Part shown: one piece after another, positions 10,201-19,673 of the stretch | How the letters are laid out: every line of letters begins with the position of its first letter | Position numbering within the stretch: position 1 is the stretch's first letter | Origin: Clostridia bacterium | GTDB taxonomy: Bacteria > Bacillota > Clostridia > Monoglobales > Monoglobaceae | Direction: 5' to 3' | Length of the DNA: 64,000 nucleotides | Assembly: GCA_045614945.1 (NCBI GenBank) | Contig: JAZLDW010000026.1 | Location: forward strand, 31,811 to 95,810 | Notes under the pieces: generated by a model | What the model was told of the DNA's origin: nothing | What the model saw: only the letters and a program-made list of their open reading frames with translations | Databases searched by the model: none | Made by a program: the position numbers and the translations under genes

Positions 10201-10395
10201 AGTGGCTTTGAAGTCACCGACAAGATTTCAGTAGGATTTAGTGGAAGCGATAAAATTGCAGAAATCTTTGCGGCAAATGACACCGAGATAAAGGCACAGA
10301 CTCTTGCGGAAACTGTTTCTGCATGCTGTTGCGAAAACGCAAAGACATGGAACATTAACGGCGAAAGCGTTGACATTTGTATAAAAAAACTGTAA
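7276..10395 (+). CDS. ileS: Isoleucine--tRNA ligase (long form, type 2-like)
   Basis: 1039 aa. HIGH motif PHIGH, KMSKS motif KMSKH, and class Ia editing/CP1 region. Confidence 0.97.
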   Translation: MYRKVSTDLSFVEQEKRIVKFWKENDIFRKSIENREDCEIFTFFDGPPTANGKPHIGHVLTRAIKDLIPRYRTMKGYKVLRKAGWDTHGLPVELEVEKALGISGKPEIEKYGIEDFIKKCKDSVFTYQSEWEEMSDRVGFWADMDDPYVTYHNDYIESVWWALRQIWDKDLLYKGHKIMPYCPRCGTSLSSHEVAQGYKDVKENSLIAKFPVKDADNEFILAWTTTPWTLPSNIALCVNPYEKYVKFTAQDGTKYIMAEALIKSVFGDEDVEITDTYVGNDLVGLEYVPLYNFIEPDGKAHYIISDTYVTMDDGTGIVHIAPAFGEDDSRVCKENGLPFINHVNLQGNFVEATGEWSGTFVKDADKLVIRDLKERNQCFSVIPFEHSYPFCWRCDTPLLYYACDTWFIKMTAVRDRLLANNEKVNWLPDNIKHGRFGNFLENIIDWGLSRTRYWGTPLPIWECSCGHKHVIGSIAELKEMGINCPDDIELHKPYVDNVLLKCEKCGGEMKRVPEVIDCWFDSGSMPFAQWHYPFENKDKFEQNFPADFISEAIDQTRGWFYTLMAISTLLFDDAPYKNVVVLGHVQDDKGIKMSKHKGNVILPMDILNDQGSDAVRWYFYSNSAPWLPNRFSAKNVSESQRKFLGTLWNTYAFYVLYANIDKFDPTKYSLDTEKLTVLDKWILSKLNNLIKVVDNYLENYKITEATRAMTDFVDELSNWYVRRSRTRFWASELTDDKVSAYMTLYTVLVEFSKICAPFIPFMTEEIYNNLVVSVDKNAPQSVHMCDFPKYNESLSFPEIEADMDAIAKIVNLGRAARNEANIKNRQPLSKVFVQAEAEINKAYADIILEELNIKDVEFTNDASSFISYNFKPQMRTMGPKYGKLMRPIFDAIATLDSASVMATLNSGEALKLTVEGTDVEIFKEDVLVDTQQKDGFVASADNGFTVVLDTNLTDALIEEGFVREIISKIQTMRKDSGFEVTDKISVGFSGSDKIAEIFAANDTEIKAQTLAETVSACCCENAKTWNINGESVDICIKKL

Positions 10396-10414
10396 TTAAC
10401 ATGGGTGATAGCAT

Positions 10415-12058
10415 ATGAATATTACACTTATTATATCCTTGTTTGGCGGGCTTGCGCTATTTCTTTATGGAATGCAAATGATGTCAGAAGGTTTAGAGGC
10501 AGCTGCAGGAAATCGAATGAAACAAATCCTCAACAAACTGACATCAAACAGATTTTTAGGCGTGGCAGTTGGTGCGATTATAACAGCTGTTATACAATCA
10601 TCCTCTGCTACAACCGTTATGGTTGTCGGCTTTGTAAACACAGGGCTTATGACGCTTAAACAAGCAGTATGGATTATAATGGGTGCCAACATCGGCACCA
10701 CTATAACGGGTCAACTTATCGCCCTTGATATAGGAGCCATTGCACCAATCATCGCCTTTGTCGGTGTTGCTCTGATTATCTTTATGAAGAAAGATATCTT
10801 TCATCATTACGGCAACATCATAGCAGGTCTTGGTATATTGTTTATCGGTATGGGAATGATGAGCGGCTCTATGGAGCCACTGCGTGACTCGGAGGCATTT
10901 GTAAACCTTGTAGGCAGCTTCAGAAACCCACTGGTTGGCATACTTGCCGGCGCAATCTTTACTGCTATCATCCAGTCATCCTCTGCTTCTATTGGCATTT
11001 TGCAGGCACTTGCAATAAGCGGTGTAATCGGTCTTGACAACGCAGTTTATGTCCTCTTTGGTCAAAACATTGGTACATGTATAACAGCACTTCTTGCCTC
11101 TATCGGCACAAGTCGCAACGCAAAACGCACAACTATTATCCACCTTATATTCAACATTGTAGGTACAACCGTGTTTACTATTATATGTATGACGACTCCA
11201 CTTACAGAGCTCATCAAATCAATTACACCGGGTAATCCTGTTGCACAGATTGCAAACACACACACTTTATTTAACATAGCGACAACAGTACTCCTTATCC
11301 CATTGGGTGGATACCTTGCAAAGCTTTCAACTATTATTTTGCCTGACAAGGCTTCTGACGAAGAGGACGAACAACATCATCTTAAGTATATACAAGCAGC
11401 GATGGCGATAGACGAGAAAAATATTGGTAGTTCAATTATTGCTATTAACAACATAGAGAAGGAACTCTTTAGAATGACCGAGATGACAATGCAAAATGTA
11501 CGCAACAGTTTTGCTGCAGCCATAAAGGGTATTCCGATAAATATAGATAAATTTAAGGACACTGAGGAATATATAGATTATCTCAACAAGGAGATTTCTA
11601 AATATATCTCACACATACTCGCTCGCGATAAAAGCGAGACGGACTCAGCAATACTCAGCTCATTCTTCAAAATTTCGGGCAACCTTGAGAGAATTGGCGA
11701 CCATGCTACCAACATTTTTGGTTATACAAGAACTCTTGCGCGACTGAACATTACCTTCTCAGAGCACGCTCAGGAAGAGATTGCAAGGATGCAATCCGTC
11801 TGCGATAAGGCTATCAATATGATTTACAGAAAGTCTGAAATTGGAATTGAAGAATTATCCGACATCTCTGCAATAGAGCAAAAGATAGACGATATGACAA
11901 AGATTTTCAGACAAAATCAGATTGATCGTATGCACAGCGGCCATTGTTCTGACGAAGCATGTATTTTGTACTCCGAGATGCTTACCGACTTTGAGAGAAT
12001 CGGCGACCATGTCTTAAACATCGGACAAAGTCTTGCATCAATTACAACAATGAAATAA
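10415..12058 (+). CDS. Na/Pi cotransporter family protein with C-terminal PhoU-like repeats
   Basis: Duplicated QSSSA motifs (VIQSSSATTVMVVGF, IIQSSSASIGILQAL) and two GDH..NI PhoU-like motifs. The gene starts 19 nt after ileS. Confidence 0.9.
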   Translation: MNITLIISLFGGLALFLYGMQMMSEGLEAAAGNRMKQILNKLTSNRFLGVAVGAIITAVIQSSSATTVMVVGFVNTGLMTLKQAVWIIMGANIGTTITGQLIALDIGAIAPIIAFVGVALIIFMKKDIFHHYGNIIAGLGILFIGMGMMSGSMEPLRDSEAFVNLVGSFRNPLVGILAGAIFTAIIQSSSASIGILQALAISGVIGLDNAVYVLFGQNIGTCITALLASIGTSRNAKRTTIIHLIFNIVGTTVFTIICMTTPLTELIKSITPGNPVAQIANTHTLFNIATTVLLIPLGGYLAKLSTIILPDKASDEEDEQHHLKYIQAAMAIDEKNIGSSIIAINNIEKELFRMTEMTMQNVRNSFAAAIKGIPINIDKFKDTEEYIDYLNKEISKYISHILARDKSETDSAILSSFFKISGNLERIGDHATNIFGYTRTLARLNITFSEHAQEEIARMQSVCDKAINMIYRKSEIGIEELSDISAIEQKIDDMTKIFRQNQIDRMHSGHCSDEACILYSEMLTDFERIGDHVLNIGQSLASITTMK

Positions 12059-12063
12059 AAAAT

Positions 12064-12094
12064 AAAATCGGTTGGGCACTGCCCAACCGATTTT
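12064..12094. terminator. Bidirectional intrinsic terminator between convergent genes
   Basis: AAAATCGGTTGGGC / GCCCAACCGATTTT stem with a 3-nt loop. Confidence 0.85.
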
Positions 12095-12623
12095 ATTTTA
12101 TAAGTTCTCTTAATGTAAACCCAAAAGCAAGAATACATATTACAACTGATATTGCGTTTCCAAGAAGTAACCACCAGAACGACTTTCTAAAGCTTAGTTT
12201 AAATATAAGCTTTGCAGCAAGACCCTCGACCAAAACATTGGTAAGTACAGTCAAAATATACTCACTTATCCACATCGCAGTATCAAAAGTGTTACCAAGG
12301 CCCGAAGCAATCGCATCGAGCAACATTCCAATAAAAACTGCGCCAAAAAATCCTACAAGAGGAATCAACAAAACTCCAACTATGGTTGATATTGCATTTA
12401 TGGTAATTGATATAATCCCTGCCTGTTTAATTGTTTTGTCTATAAAAAGTTTTATAAATATTGCTTCTACAATAATTCCAGCGATAATTATATACCAACT
12501 TCTAAGCCCCTCCGCAATGTATATTGACGGCCAAACTACATTGGCAAACGCCGTCTGCGGAAGCAAAACTGCTGCCGCTACCACTGCCGCAATCGCCTTA
12601 AATTTATCTCTCATAAGTTTCAC
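12093..12623 (-). CDS. Hypothetical multi-pass membrane protein
   Basis: 176 aa. Signal-like N-terminus plus about 4-5 hydrophobic segments. It starts 4 nt after the ZIP gene stop. I recognise no motif. Confidence 0.6.
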   Translation of the reverse strand: MKLMRDKFKAIAAVVAAAVLLPQTAFANVVWPSIYIAEGLRSWYIIIAGIIVEAIFIKLFIDKTIKQAGIISITINAISTIVGVLLIPLVGFFGAVFIGMLLDAIASGLGNTFDTAMWISEYILTVLTNVLVEGLAAKLIFKLSFRKSFWWLLLGNAISVVICILAFGFTLRELIK

Positions 12624-12626
12624 CTC

Positions 12627-13388
12627 TTATAAATAAAAATCGAGAGCCATCATCAAACAAAACCCAACAAGCAACGCATATGTTGCCGCTCTCTCATTAC
12701 CATGCGCATGTGTCTCTGGTATCATCTCATCGCTGATTATGTATAGCATTGTTCCACCTGCAAAGCTAAGAGCAAATGGCAAAATTGCCACAGAAAGAAT
12801 TGCAGCAAAATAACCTATCATAGTACCTATAACCTCAACGAGTCCTGTGGCCGCCGCAATAAGAAAAGCTTTTTTCTTACTGATACCAAGCGATAAAATA
12901 GGCGCAATTATGACCATTCCTTCAGGCAAGTTCTGAAGGGCAATACCCCCTGCGGTCACTAATGCCCCTACCGTGTCGCCAGAGCCAAAACCTACGCCTG
13001 CAGCGATACCCTCGGGCAAATTGTGGATTGCGATTGCCAGAACAAAAAGAATGACCTTGTTTATACGGGAGTTAAGCTCTGTATGTTTTTCCTCTTTTCC
13101 ATCTCTAAAAAAGTTATGCATATGAGGAACAATTCTGTCGATTATATTAAGCGCAACCGCACCGCAAAAAATACCAACAACTGTGACCAATATCGCATTT
13201 TCTCCGCCTTGAATTGACGGCAGAATTAGTCCAATAACCGCCGCAGCAAGCATTACTCCCGCCGCAAAGCCAAGTATTGTATCACTAAACTTTGCTGATA
13301 TTTTTTTAAATAAAAATCCAATAATTGCACCAAGCACAGTTGCTCCACCTACGCCTGTTGCGGTCATCAAAACCATCTGCATTTCCAT
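12627..13388 (-). CDS. ZIP family divalent-metal (zinc) transporter
   Basis: 253 aa. HNLPEG and QNLPEG motifs typical of ZupT/ZIP. Confidence 0.85.
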   Translation of the reverse strand: MEMQMVLMTATGVGGATVLGAIIGFLFKKISAKFSDTILGFAAGVMLAAAVIGLILPSIQGGENAILVTVVGIFCGAVALNIIDRIVPHMHNFFRDGKEEKHTELNSRINKVILFVLAIAIHNLPEGIAAGVGFGSGDTVGALVTAGGIALQNLPEGMVIIAPILSLGISKKKAFLIAAATGLVEVIGTMIGYFAAILSVAILPFALSFAGGTMLYIISDEMIPETHAHGNERAATYALLVGFCLMMALDFYL

Positions 13389-13392
13389 TCCC

Positions 13393-13839
13393 CTATCTCT
13401 CGTTAAAGTATTTCTCTAAAATTTCTGCCGCATCGCCTACTAGTTCTGCGCATGGGCGTTTCTTATAATATTCCTTTGTTCTGTCACTTGGGACATAGTC
13501 ATTTTTATTATCATCAAGACCTAAAAGCTCTCGACAGATTATAGAACCATTTTTCTTTTTAAATTCTTCAGCTAATTGCTGTATCAATTTGTAGTGGTTT
13601 GTCTTTGCCTCTTTGTCATCCGGCGAGGTATAACCGCTATGGAGACCCACCACCATAAACAATCCGCTGACTGCGCCACATACCTCTCGAAGTCTACCCA
13701 TTCCACCTCCAAACGACGAAGATATCTTCATCGCAGTCGTAAAATCCACTCCAAATTCCTCACAAAACGCTCCAAGCACAGCCTGAGAGCAATTGTATCC
13801 GTCCAAAAATAGTTTAATTGCTGTTTCCCTTTTGCTCAT
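13393..13839 (-). CDS. C_GCAxxG_C_C family protein (putative redox-active Cys protein)
   Basis: NCSQAV..., CGAVSG and C-terminal CAEL cysteines. I prefer the start at MSKRET (ATG 13839), which follows AAGGAGA. Confidence 0.8.
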   Translation of the reverse strand: MSKRETAIKLFLDGYNCSQAVLGAFCEEFGVDFTTAMKISSSFGGGMGRLREVCGAVSGLFMVVGLHSGYTSPDDKEAKTNHYKLIQQLAEEFKKKNGSIICRELLGLDDNKNDYVPSDRTKEYYKKRPCAELVGDAAEILEKYFNER

Positions 13840-13892
13840 AATCTTCTCCTTATTATCACTCCATAGAAAACTAACCACTAAATTTTGCTTAT

Positions 13893-13921
13893 ATTATATA
13901 ATTGCATTTGTTTTTTGTCAA
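13893..13921 (-). promoter_or_regulatory. Consensus sigma-A promoter for the C_GCAxxG-ZIP operon
   Basis: On the minus strand: TTGACA (13921-13916), 17-nt spacer, TATAAT (13898-13893). Confidence 0.65.
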
Positions 13922-13922
13922 T

Positions 13923-13955
13923 AAAAAGGAGTTCACCATATGGTGAACTCCTTTT
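13923..13955 (-). terminator. Intrinsic terminator after the NhaC-family gene
   Basis: 13-bp stem AAAGGAGTTCACC / GGTGAACTCCTTT with loop ATAT, and a U-tract on the minus strand. Confidence 0.85.
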
Positions 13956-13964
13956 CATTTTATC

Positions 13965-15791
13965 TTACGCCTTTTTCGATGTAATCGCTTTAGTTATAAG
14001 CAGTGTTGCCAGCATAAGCACGATACCTATTGGCAAACAAATCCATGCATTCTTTATGAATCCTGCAAAGAGATATGTTATAAAAGATACCCCCGCAGCC
14101 ACAAGTGCATATGGAAGCTGAGTAGACACGTGGTTTATGTGGTTACACTGCGCACCTGCAGATGCCATAATTGTAGTATCTGATATAGGCGAACAATGGT
14201 CACCGCAAACTGCACCCGCCATACAAGCAGAGATTGCAATAATGCTGATTTCATTATCAATAGAGCCACCAAATATTGCAAGTACAATCGGGATAAGGAT
14301 ACCAAATGTACCCCACGAGGTTCCTGTTGAGAAGGAAAGTCCAACACCAATTAAGAACACAATAGCCGGCAGAAGCGGAATAAACGAACTTGCATAAAGG
14401 CGAACAAACTCTGCAATAAATACCTTTGCACCAAGACTATCGGTCATAGCTTTAAGTGTCCATGCGCAAGTCAGAATTAATATAGCAGGCACCATCGCCT
14501 TGAAGCCCTCGGGGATGCTTTCCATACATTCTGTGAACTTAAGAACTCTGCGGCACATAAAGTAAATAACAGAGAAAATAAGACCCGCAAATGAACCATA
14601 CACAAGTCCAACAGATGCGTCCGCACCTGAGAAAGCGCCAATAAAGTCACGATATGCATCACTGTCTGCAGTAAAGAATCCACCTGAGTAGATAAGACCA
14701 AGTACGCAAGCAACTATAAGAACAAAAACAGGGGCAACCAAATCCCATACACTGCCTTTGCCATTCTCATCCATAGCCTCTACTCTCTCAAGCTTATCCC
14801 TGCCCTCTTCTGAGAAGATGTCGCCGTTTTCTGCGTTTATCTCATGTTTCTTCATAAGACCGAAGTCAAACTTAGAAATCGCAAGCACAAACATCATCAA
14901 TATTGTAAGGATTGCATAGAAGTTATAAGGAATTGCTCTTATAAAAAGTTCAAGACCACCGATTTGCTCTTCCGATACAAAGCCCGCAACCGCTGCTGCC
15001 CATGAAGAAACAGGAGCAATAATACATATCGGCGCGGCAGTCGCATCTATAAGATACGAAAGTTTTGAACGGGAAATCTTAAACTTATCTGTTACAGGGC
15101 GCATAACCGAGCCAACTGTCAGACAGTTGAAGTAGTCATCCACAAAAATAAGTACACCAAGACAGATTGTGGCAATCTGCGCGCCAACTCTTGACTTAAT
15201 GTGCTTTTCTGCCCATCTTCCAAAAGCTGCAGAGCCGCCTGATTTATTCATCAGGGATACAATTGCTCCAAGGATAACAAGGAATATCAAAATACCAATG
15301 TTATATGGGTCTGCAACCGATGAAATAAATCCGTCTACAAAGAGATGGTCGATTGTACCTGTAAAGCTGAAGTTTGCATAAAGCAGGGCACCACTCAAAA
15401 TACCGATAAACAAAGAAGAATAAACTTCTTTGGTGATAAGTGCAAGCACAATTGCAATAAGTGCAGGCAAAAGTGACAACCATGTAGCATACGGCTTTAC
15501 ATCATCTCTTTTTGCCTCAAGAGCTTTGCCTAAGTTTTCATCAAAATTCTCTGCGCCTACATTATCAGAATAACTGTCAATATATGTAGCGGCTGCGGTA
15601 GAATAATTTTCTGCCTCTTCTTCTATTACCTCACTGTATGCACCGCTCTCTGTCAGATATGTAGCAGCAGCCTCATTATCAGTAAGGTCAACCTCGTCTG
15701 CAAATGCCATAAAGGGCATTGTCACGCTCATTACAATCATAGCAATAACTATAAATGCAAACAAGCGGGTTTTTCCTGTTTGAAAGTTCAA
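13965..15791 (-). CDS. NhaC-family Na+/H+ antiporter-like transporter with an N-terminal acidic extension
   Basis: 608 aa, TTG start after AGGAGGAG. Signal/TM segment, then about 90 acidic residues, then a polytopic core resembling NhaC-type antiporters. The family call rests on recall only. Confidence 0.7.
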   Translation of the reverse strand: MNFQTGKTRLFAFIVIAMIVMSVTMPFMAFADEVDLTDNEAAATYLTESGAYSEVIEEEAENYSTAAATYIDSYSDNVGAENFDENLGKALEAKRDDVKPYATWLSLLPALIAIVLALITKEVYSSLFIGILSGALLYANFSFTGTIDHLFVDGFISSVADPYNIGILIFLVILGAIVSLMNKSGGSAAFGRWAEKHIKSRVGAQIATICLGVLIFVDDYFNCLTVGSVMRPVTDKFKISRSKLSYLIDATAAPICIIAPVSSWAAAVAGFVSEEQIGGLELFIRAIPYNFYAILTILMMFVLAISKFDFGLMKKHEINAENGDIFSEEGRDKLERVEAMDENGKGSVWDLVAPVFVLIVACVLGLIYSGGFFTADSDAYRDFIGAFSGADASVGLVYGSFAGLIFSVIYFMCRRVLKFTECMESIPEGFKAMVPAILILTCAWTLKAMTDSLGAKVFIAEFVRLYASSFIPLLPAIVFLIGVGLSFSTGTSWGTFGILIPIVLAIFGGSIDNEISIIAISACMAGAVCGDHCSPISDTTIMASAGAQCNHINHVSTQLPYALVAAGVSFITYLFAGFIKNAWICLPIGIVLMLATLLITKAITSKKA

Positions 15792-15811
15792 ATAACTCTC
15801 CTCCTATTATT

Positions 15812-16441
15812 TTATTTTGTTCCGAAGATTCTGTCTCCAGCGTCTCCAAGACCTGGCATAATATATCCATGCTCGTTCAGGCATTCGTCTAAATTTGCAC
15901 AGTAAATATCTACATCAGGATGCGCCTCTGACAATGCCTTTGCACCCTCAGGGGCTGCAATAAGACAAAGGAATTTTATATTCTTACCGCCATATGATTT
16001 AATCTGTCCAATTGCATCAATGGCAGAGCCACCTGTTGCAAGCATTGGATCAACAACCACTATAAGACGGTTTGAAATATCCGCCGGCAGCTTGCAATAG
16101 TACTCGTGTGGCATAAGTGTTTCCTCATCACGGTACATTCCTATATGTCCAATTTTAGCTGAAGGTATAAGTCTTTGTATACCATTTACCATACCAAGGC
16201 CTGCACGCAGTATTGGAACAACTGCAAGCTTTTTACCCCTTATAAGTTTCTGCTTTGTCTTCACAAGAGGGGTTTCTATTTCAACCTCTTCAAGAGGAAG
16301 GTCGCGAAGTGCCTCATAACACATAAGCATTGTGATTTCTTCAACAATCTCACGGAACTCCTTGTTAGGAGTTGATTTTTTGCGAAGAATTGTAGTCTTG
16401 TGCTGAATCAGAGGGTGGTCAAAAATTGTAACATTATTCAT
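15812..16441 (-). CDS. upp: Uracil phosphoribosyltransferase
   Basis: 209 aa. [16 protein letters not shown] loop and C-terminal [16 protein letters not shown]. Confidence 0.95.
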   Translation of the reverse strand: MNNVTIFDHPLIQHKTTILRKKSTPNKEFREIVEEITMLMCYEALRDLPLEEVEIETPLVKTKQKLIRGKKLAVVPILRAGLGMVNGIQRLIPSAKIGHIGMYRDEETLMPHEYYCKLPADISNRLIVVVDPMLATGGSAIDAIGQIKSYGGKNIKFLCLIAAPEGAKALSEAHPDVDIYCANLDECLNEHGYIMPGLGDAGDRIFGTK

Positions 16442-16452
16442 AAGATGTCTCC

Positions 16453-17841
16453 TTACTGTTCGTCTTTTGCTTTTGATACAACTAAGTTAACAATGATGCC
16501 AAGGATAAGTGCACATGCAACTGATGTAAGGGTGATCTTACCGAATGTAAGTGTTAGACCGCCAATACCGGCAATCAAAATAGTAGACACAACAAAGAGG
16601 TTTTTATTCTTATTAAGGTCTACACCCTGAATCATCTTAAGTCCTGATACCGCAATAAATCCATAAAGTGCCATACATACGCCACCCATTACACAAGATG
16701 GAATAGAATTAACAAACGCAATGAATGGTGATACAAACGAAATTATTATAGCAAGTACAGCCGCTGTAATAATTGTGTATACAGATGCGTTTTTAGTAAT
16801 AGCAACACAGCCTACTGATTCGCCATAAGTAGTATTTGGACATCCTCCAAATATAGCACCGACAAATGAACCAACACCGTCACCCATGAGAGTTCTGTGA
16901 AGTCCCGGTTCTTCTAAGAGATCCTGCTCAATAATAAACGAGATATTTTTATGGTCTGCAAGATGCTCTGCAAATACAACAAACGCAACAGGAACGTATG
17001 CTACCGCTATTGTTGCCACATATGTAGGATTCAATTCGCCAACACCCTTGATGGCTTCAAGGAATGTAAATTTAGGAACAGCCAGGAATGTTTCCAAAGC
17101 AATCTTACCCTCAGGAGCAAGAACTGCAAATTTTCCAAAATCCAAAACCTTAAGCGCATCGATATTGCACATGTTTCCTATTACAGTAAATATAGCAGAA
17201 ATAGCATATCCGCCAAGGATACCGTATATAAACGGAATTAGTTTGCCATATTTCTTCCCATAAGTAGAGCTTACAATTGTAATCAACAATGTTGTAAGAC
17301 CGCAAACAAGTGCAATAAATGGAGACGCTACAGAAACCTGAGCCTCTACACCATTTTCAACAACAGTTGCAAGAACGCCGCCCTTTAAAATGTCTCCGAC
17401 TGCGTTACCCGCAAGAGAAAGTCCAATAATAGCAACAATAGGGCCAATAACTGTTGCCGGCATCACCTTGTCAATCCATTTAACTCCTGCCAATTTAACA
17501 ATTATGGCAATCACTACATAAACAAGTCCCGCAAACACAGCACCAATAATAATTCCAAGATAGCCAAGACTCATTGATACGCCTCCGGCAAATGCCGCAA
17601 ACATAGAGTTAATAAACGCAAATGATGAACCTAAGAACACAGGGCTCTTTTTCTTTGTAAAAAGAATGTACACAAGTGTACCGATACCTGCACCAAAAAG
17701 TGCCGCTGCTGGACTCATTCCATTACCCACAATAACAGGTACAACCAATGTAGCTGTCATAATTGCGAGCAACTGCTGCAACGCAAAAATAACCAGCGCG
17801 CCAAACTTTGGCTTGTCATTTACTCCATAAATCAAATTCAT
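16453..17841 (-). CDS. uraA: Uracil/xanthine permease (NCS2 family)
   Basis: 462 aa polytopic protein with an NCS2-like layout, 11 nt upstream of upp. Confidence 0.85.
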   Translation of the reverse strand: MNLIYGVNDKPKFGALVIFALQQLLAIMTATLVVPVIVGNGMSPAAALFGAGIGTLVYILFTKKKSPVFLGSSFAFINSMFAAFAGGVSMSLGYLGIIIGAVFAGLVYVVIAIIVKLAGVKWIDKVMPATVIGPIVAIIGLSLAGNAVGDILKGGVLATVVENGVEAQVSVASPFIALVCGLTTLLITIVSSTYGKKYGKLIPFIYGILGGYAISAIFTVIGNMCNIDALKVLDFGKFAVLAPEGKIALETFLAVPKFTFLEAIKGVGELNPTYVATIAVAYVPVAFVVFAEHLADHKNISFIIEQDLLEEPGLHRTLMGDGVGSFVGAIFGGCPNTTYGESVGCVAITKNASVYTIITAAVLAIIISFVSPFIAFVNSIPSCVMGGVCMALYGFIAVSGLKMIQGVDLNKNKNLFVVSTILIAGIGGLTLTFGKITLTSVACALILGIIVNLVVSKAKDEQ

Positions 17842-17959
17842 AATAACTCCTCCAAATTGATTTAAAGATTATAATTTTAATATTTTTTACCATTTTATCA
17901 TAATGTTCTACAAAAAGCAACAAATAGACCTATAATTTTTTATAAAATTTTAATAACAA

Positions 17960-18940
17960 CTATCTTGTTGCATTTTGAACGACAATATCTCCGGTTCTTA
18001 TCAAATTATATTCTGCGACACAAGTTCCATCAAGGTCCTCTCGGTGCATATCCACCCCAATTATGTCGCAGTTTTCGTAAGTTGTATAGTAGTAAATTCC
18101 CTTATCCGTATTACAACAAGAACTATAATTTGTTATTTCAAAATCTCCTCCTACCCATGCGCAGCCTTTTTGCTGATAGACCGAATATAAAATATGAAAA
18201 AAATCATTGACAATCTCATTTTCTGATTTTCCAAAAACACAATTGAGTTTTGTAAAGCAAGCTCTTACAAACCTTGATGCAGAAGATAGATCCCCAGGAA
18301 GTCCAAGTCCCCCCATGCCTCTGCTGTAGGGTCTGAGCTCTATCTTATCAGAAAATAAATTTGCAGGCTCCTTTGCAGTAACAGATAGATAGTTTGCAAG
18401 ATTTTGCATTTGATAGTCAAACGGAGGATTATTAGTCAATACTCCGACGGGATTGTCATACGCTTTTAATCCCGAGCGAGTTTGCTCTATAGTTATTGCA
18501 CCAACCTTGTCTGCCACAATCCAATGAAGCGGTGACGGCGCAAATTTTTCATCAAACGCCTCATCCGTTATATTTATCTCATCAATTAGTTTTTTTGCTT
18601 CAGTTACAGTTTTGCACTTTGATAATATAAACGGTATAAACTCATAGGATGCAACATTTACTTTCGTGCCCGACTTCTTCATATACTTTGCATTATCAGG
18701 AAAATTAAGTCCCGCCGCACTGAGACCCATTTCGTTAGTAGCATCAAAATACAAGGGATATTCATCGCGGACAAGCGCCATTCCGATTATTGCAAAATGC
18801 TTATTTACGCACTCACCGTTTGTAAATTTAAAGCAATATCTTCTCGGCGTAATTACCACCTTCTGTCCAAAGTCATATTCATAATCAAGATTTCTACCAA
18901 AATAATTATCACCCGCATTGATTGAAATTGCAGTACACAT
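17960..18940 (-). CDS. Choloylglycine hydrolase family Ntn-hydrolase (bile salt hydrolase / penicillin V acylase type)
   Basis: The N-terminus MCTAIS provides the Cys2 nucleophile; NLDYEY follows. 326 aa. Confidence 0.85.
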   Translation of the reverse strand: MCTAISINAGDNYFGRNLDYEYDFGQKVVITPRRYCFKFTNGECVNKHFAIIGMALVRDEYPLYFDATNEMGLSAAGLNFPDNAKYMKKSGTKVNVASYEFIPFILSKCKTVTEAKKLIDEINITDEAFDEKFAPSPLHWIVADKVGAITIEQTRSGLKAYDNPVGVLTNNPPFDYQMQNLANYLSVTAKEPANLFSDKIELRPYSRGMGGLGLPGDLSSASRFVRACFTKLNCVFGKSENEIVNDFFHILYSVYQQKGCAWVGGDFEITNYSSCCNTDKGIYYYTTYENCDIIGVDMHREDLDGTCVAEYNLIRTGDIVVQNATR

Positions 18941-18974
18941 AATATCACCTCGTTTCCATTTTGTACAAATGAGT

Positions 18975-19008
18975 AAAAAAAATACCGGGTTACCCCCGGT
19001 ATTTTTAT
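18975..19008 (-). terminator. Intrinsic terminator after ung
   Basis: ATACCGGG / CCCGGTAT stem. The plus-strand A-run 18974-18982 gives a U-tract on the minus strand. Confidence 0.8.
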
Positions 19009-19673
19009 TTTATCTCCCAGTTTACAGGCTCTTGTCCTATCTGCTCTAAAAATTCATTACACTTTTTAAAATGGTCACACCCAAAAAATCCGTTGTATGC
19101 TGAAAGGGGGCTCGGATGTGCACAAGACAGTATCTTATGCACTGAATTTGTAACAACTCTTGCTTTCTTCCTCGCATTTGCTCCCCAAAGCATGAACACA
19201 ATGGGTTTTTCTCGCTTGTTTAAAAGTTCTATAACTTTATCGGTAAAAATCTCCCATCCAATATCCTTATGGCTGTTTGCCTGTCCCTCTCTGACAGTCA
19301 ATGTTGCATTTAAAAGAAGTACACCTTGTTTTGCCCAATCAGTAAGCTCTCCATGACTTGGTGGTTCTATATTAAGCTCGTCCTTGATTTCTTTAAATAT
19401 GTTTTTAAGCGATGGTGGCTGTGGCACACCTTTTTTTACTGAAAAACATAATCCATGCGCCTGACCCTCCCCATGATATGGGTCCTGCCCGATAATAACG
19501 ACTTTTACATCAGAGTAGGATGTATACCTAAAAGCATTAAATATATCATACATATCAGGATATATTGTGTATGTCTTATATTCTTTAGCAAGAGTTGTAC
19601 GAAGATTTATGTAGTACTCTTTTTCAAACTCTTCCTTTAAAAGGCTGTCCCATTCGTTACCTATATTTACCAT
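19005..19673 (-). CDS. ung: Uracil-DNA glycosylase
   Basis: GQDPYH and HPSPLS motifs. I prefer the start at the second ATG (19673), which is 9 nt from AAGGAG; the first ATG abuts the RBS. Confidence 0.95.
   Translation of the reverse strand: MVNIGNEWDSLLKEEFEKEYYINLRTTLAKEYKTYTIYPDMYDIFNAFRYTSYSDVKVVIIGQDPYHGEGQAHGLCFSVKKGVPQPPSLKNIFKEIKDELNIEPPSHGELTDWAKQGVLLLNATLTVREGQANSHKDIGWEIFTDKVIELLNKREKPIVFMLWGANARKKARVVTNSVHKILSCAHPSPLSAYNGFFGCDHFKKCNEFLEQIGQEPVNWEIK

Noticed and set aside
17842-17959. PyrR-binding attenuator upstream of the uracil permease-upp operon
   Set aside because: No AGUCCAGAGAGGCU-like PyrR loop and no terminator/antiterminator pair. Only an AT-rich promoter region is present.
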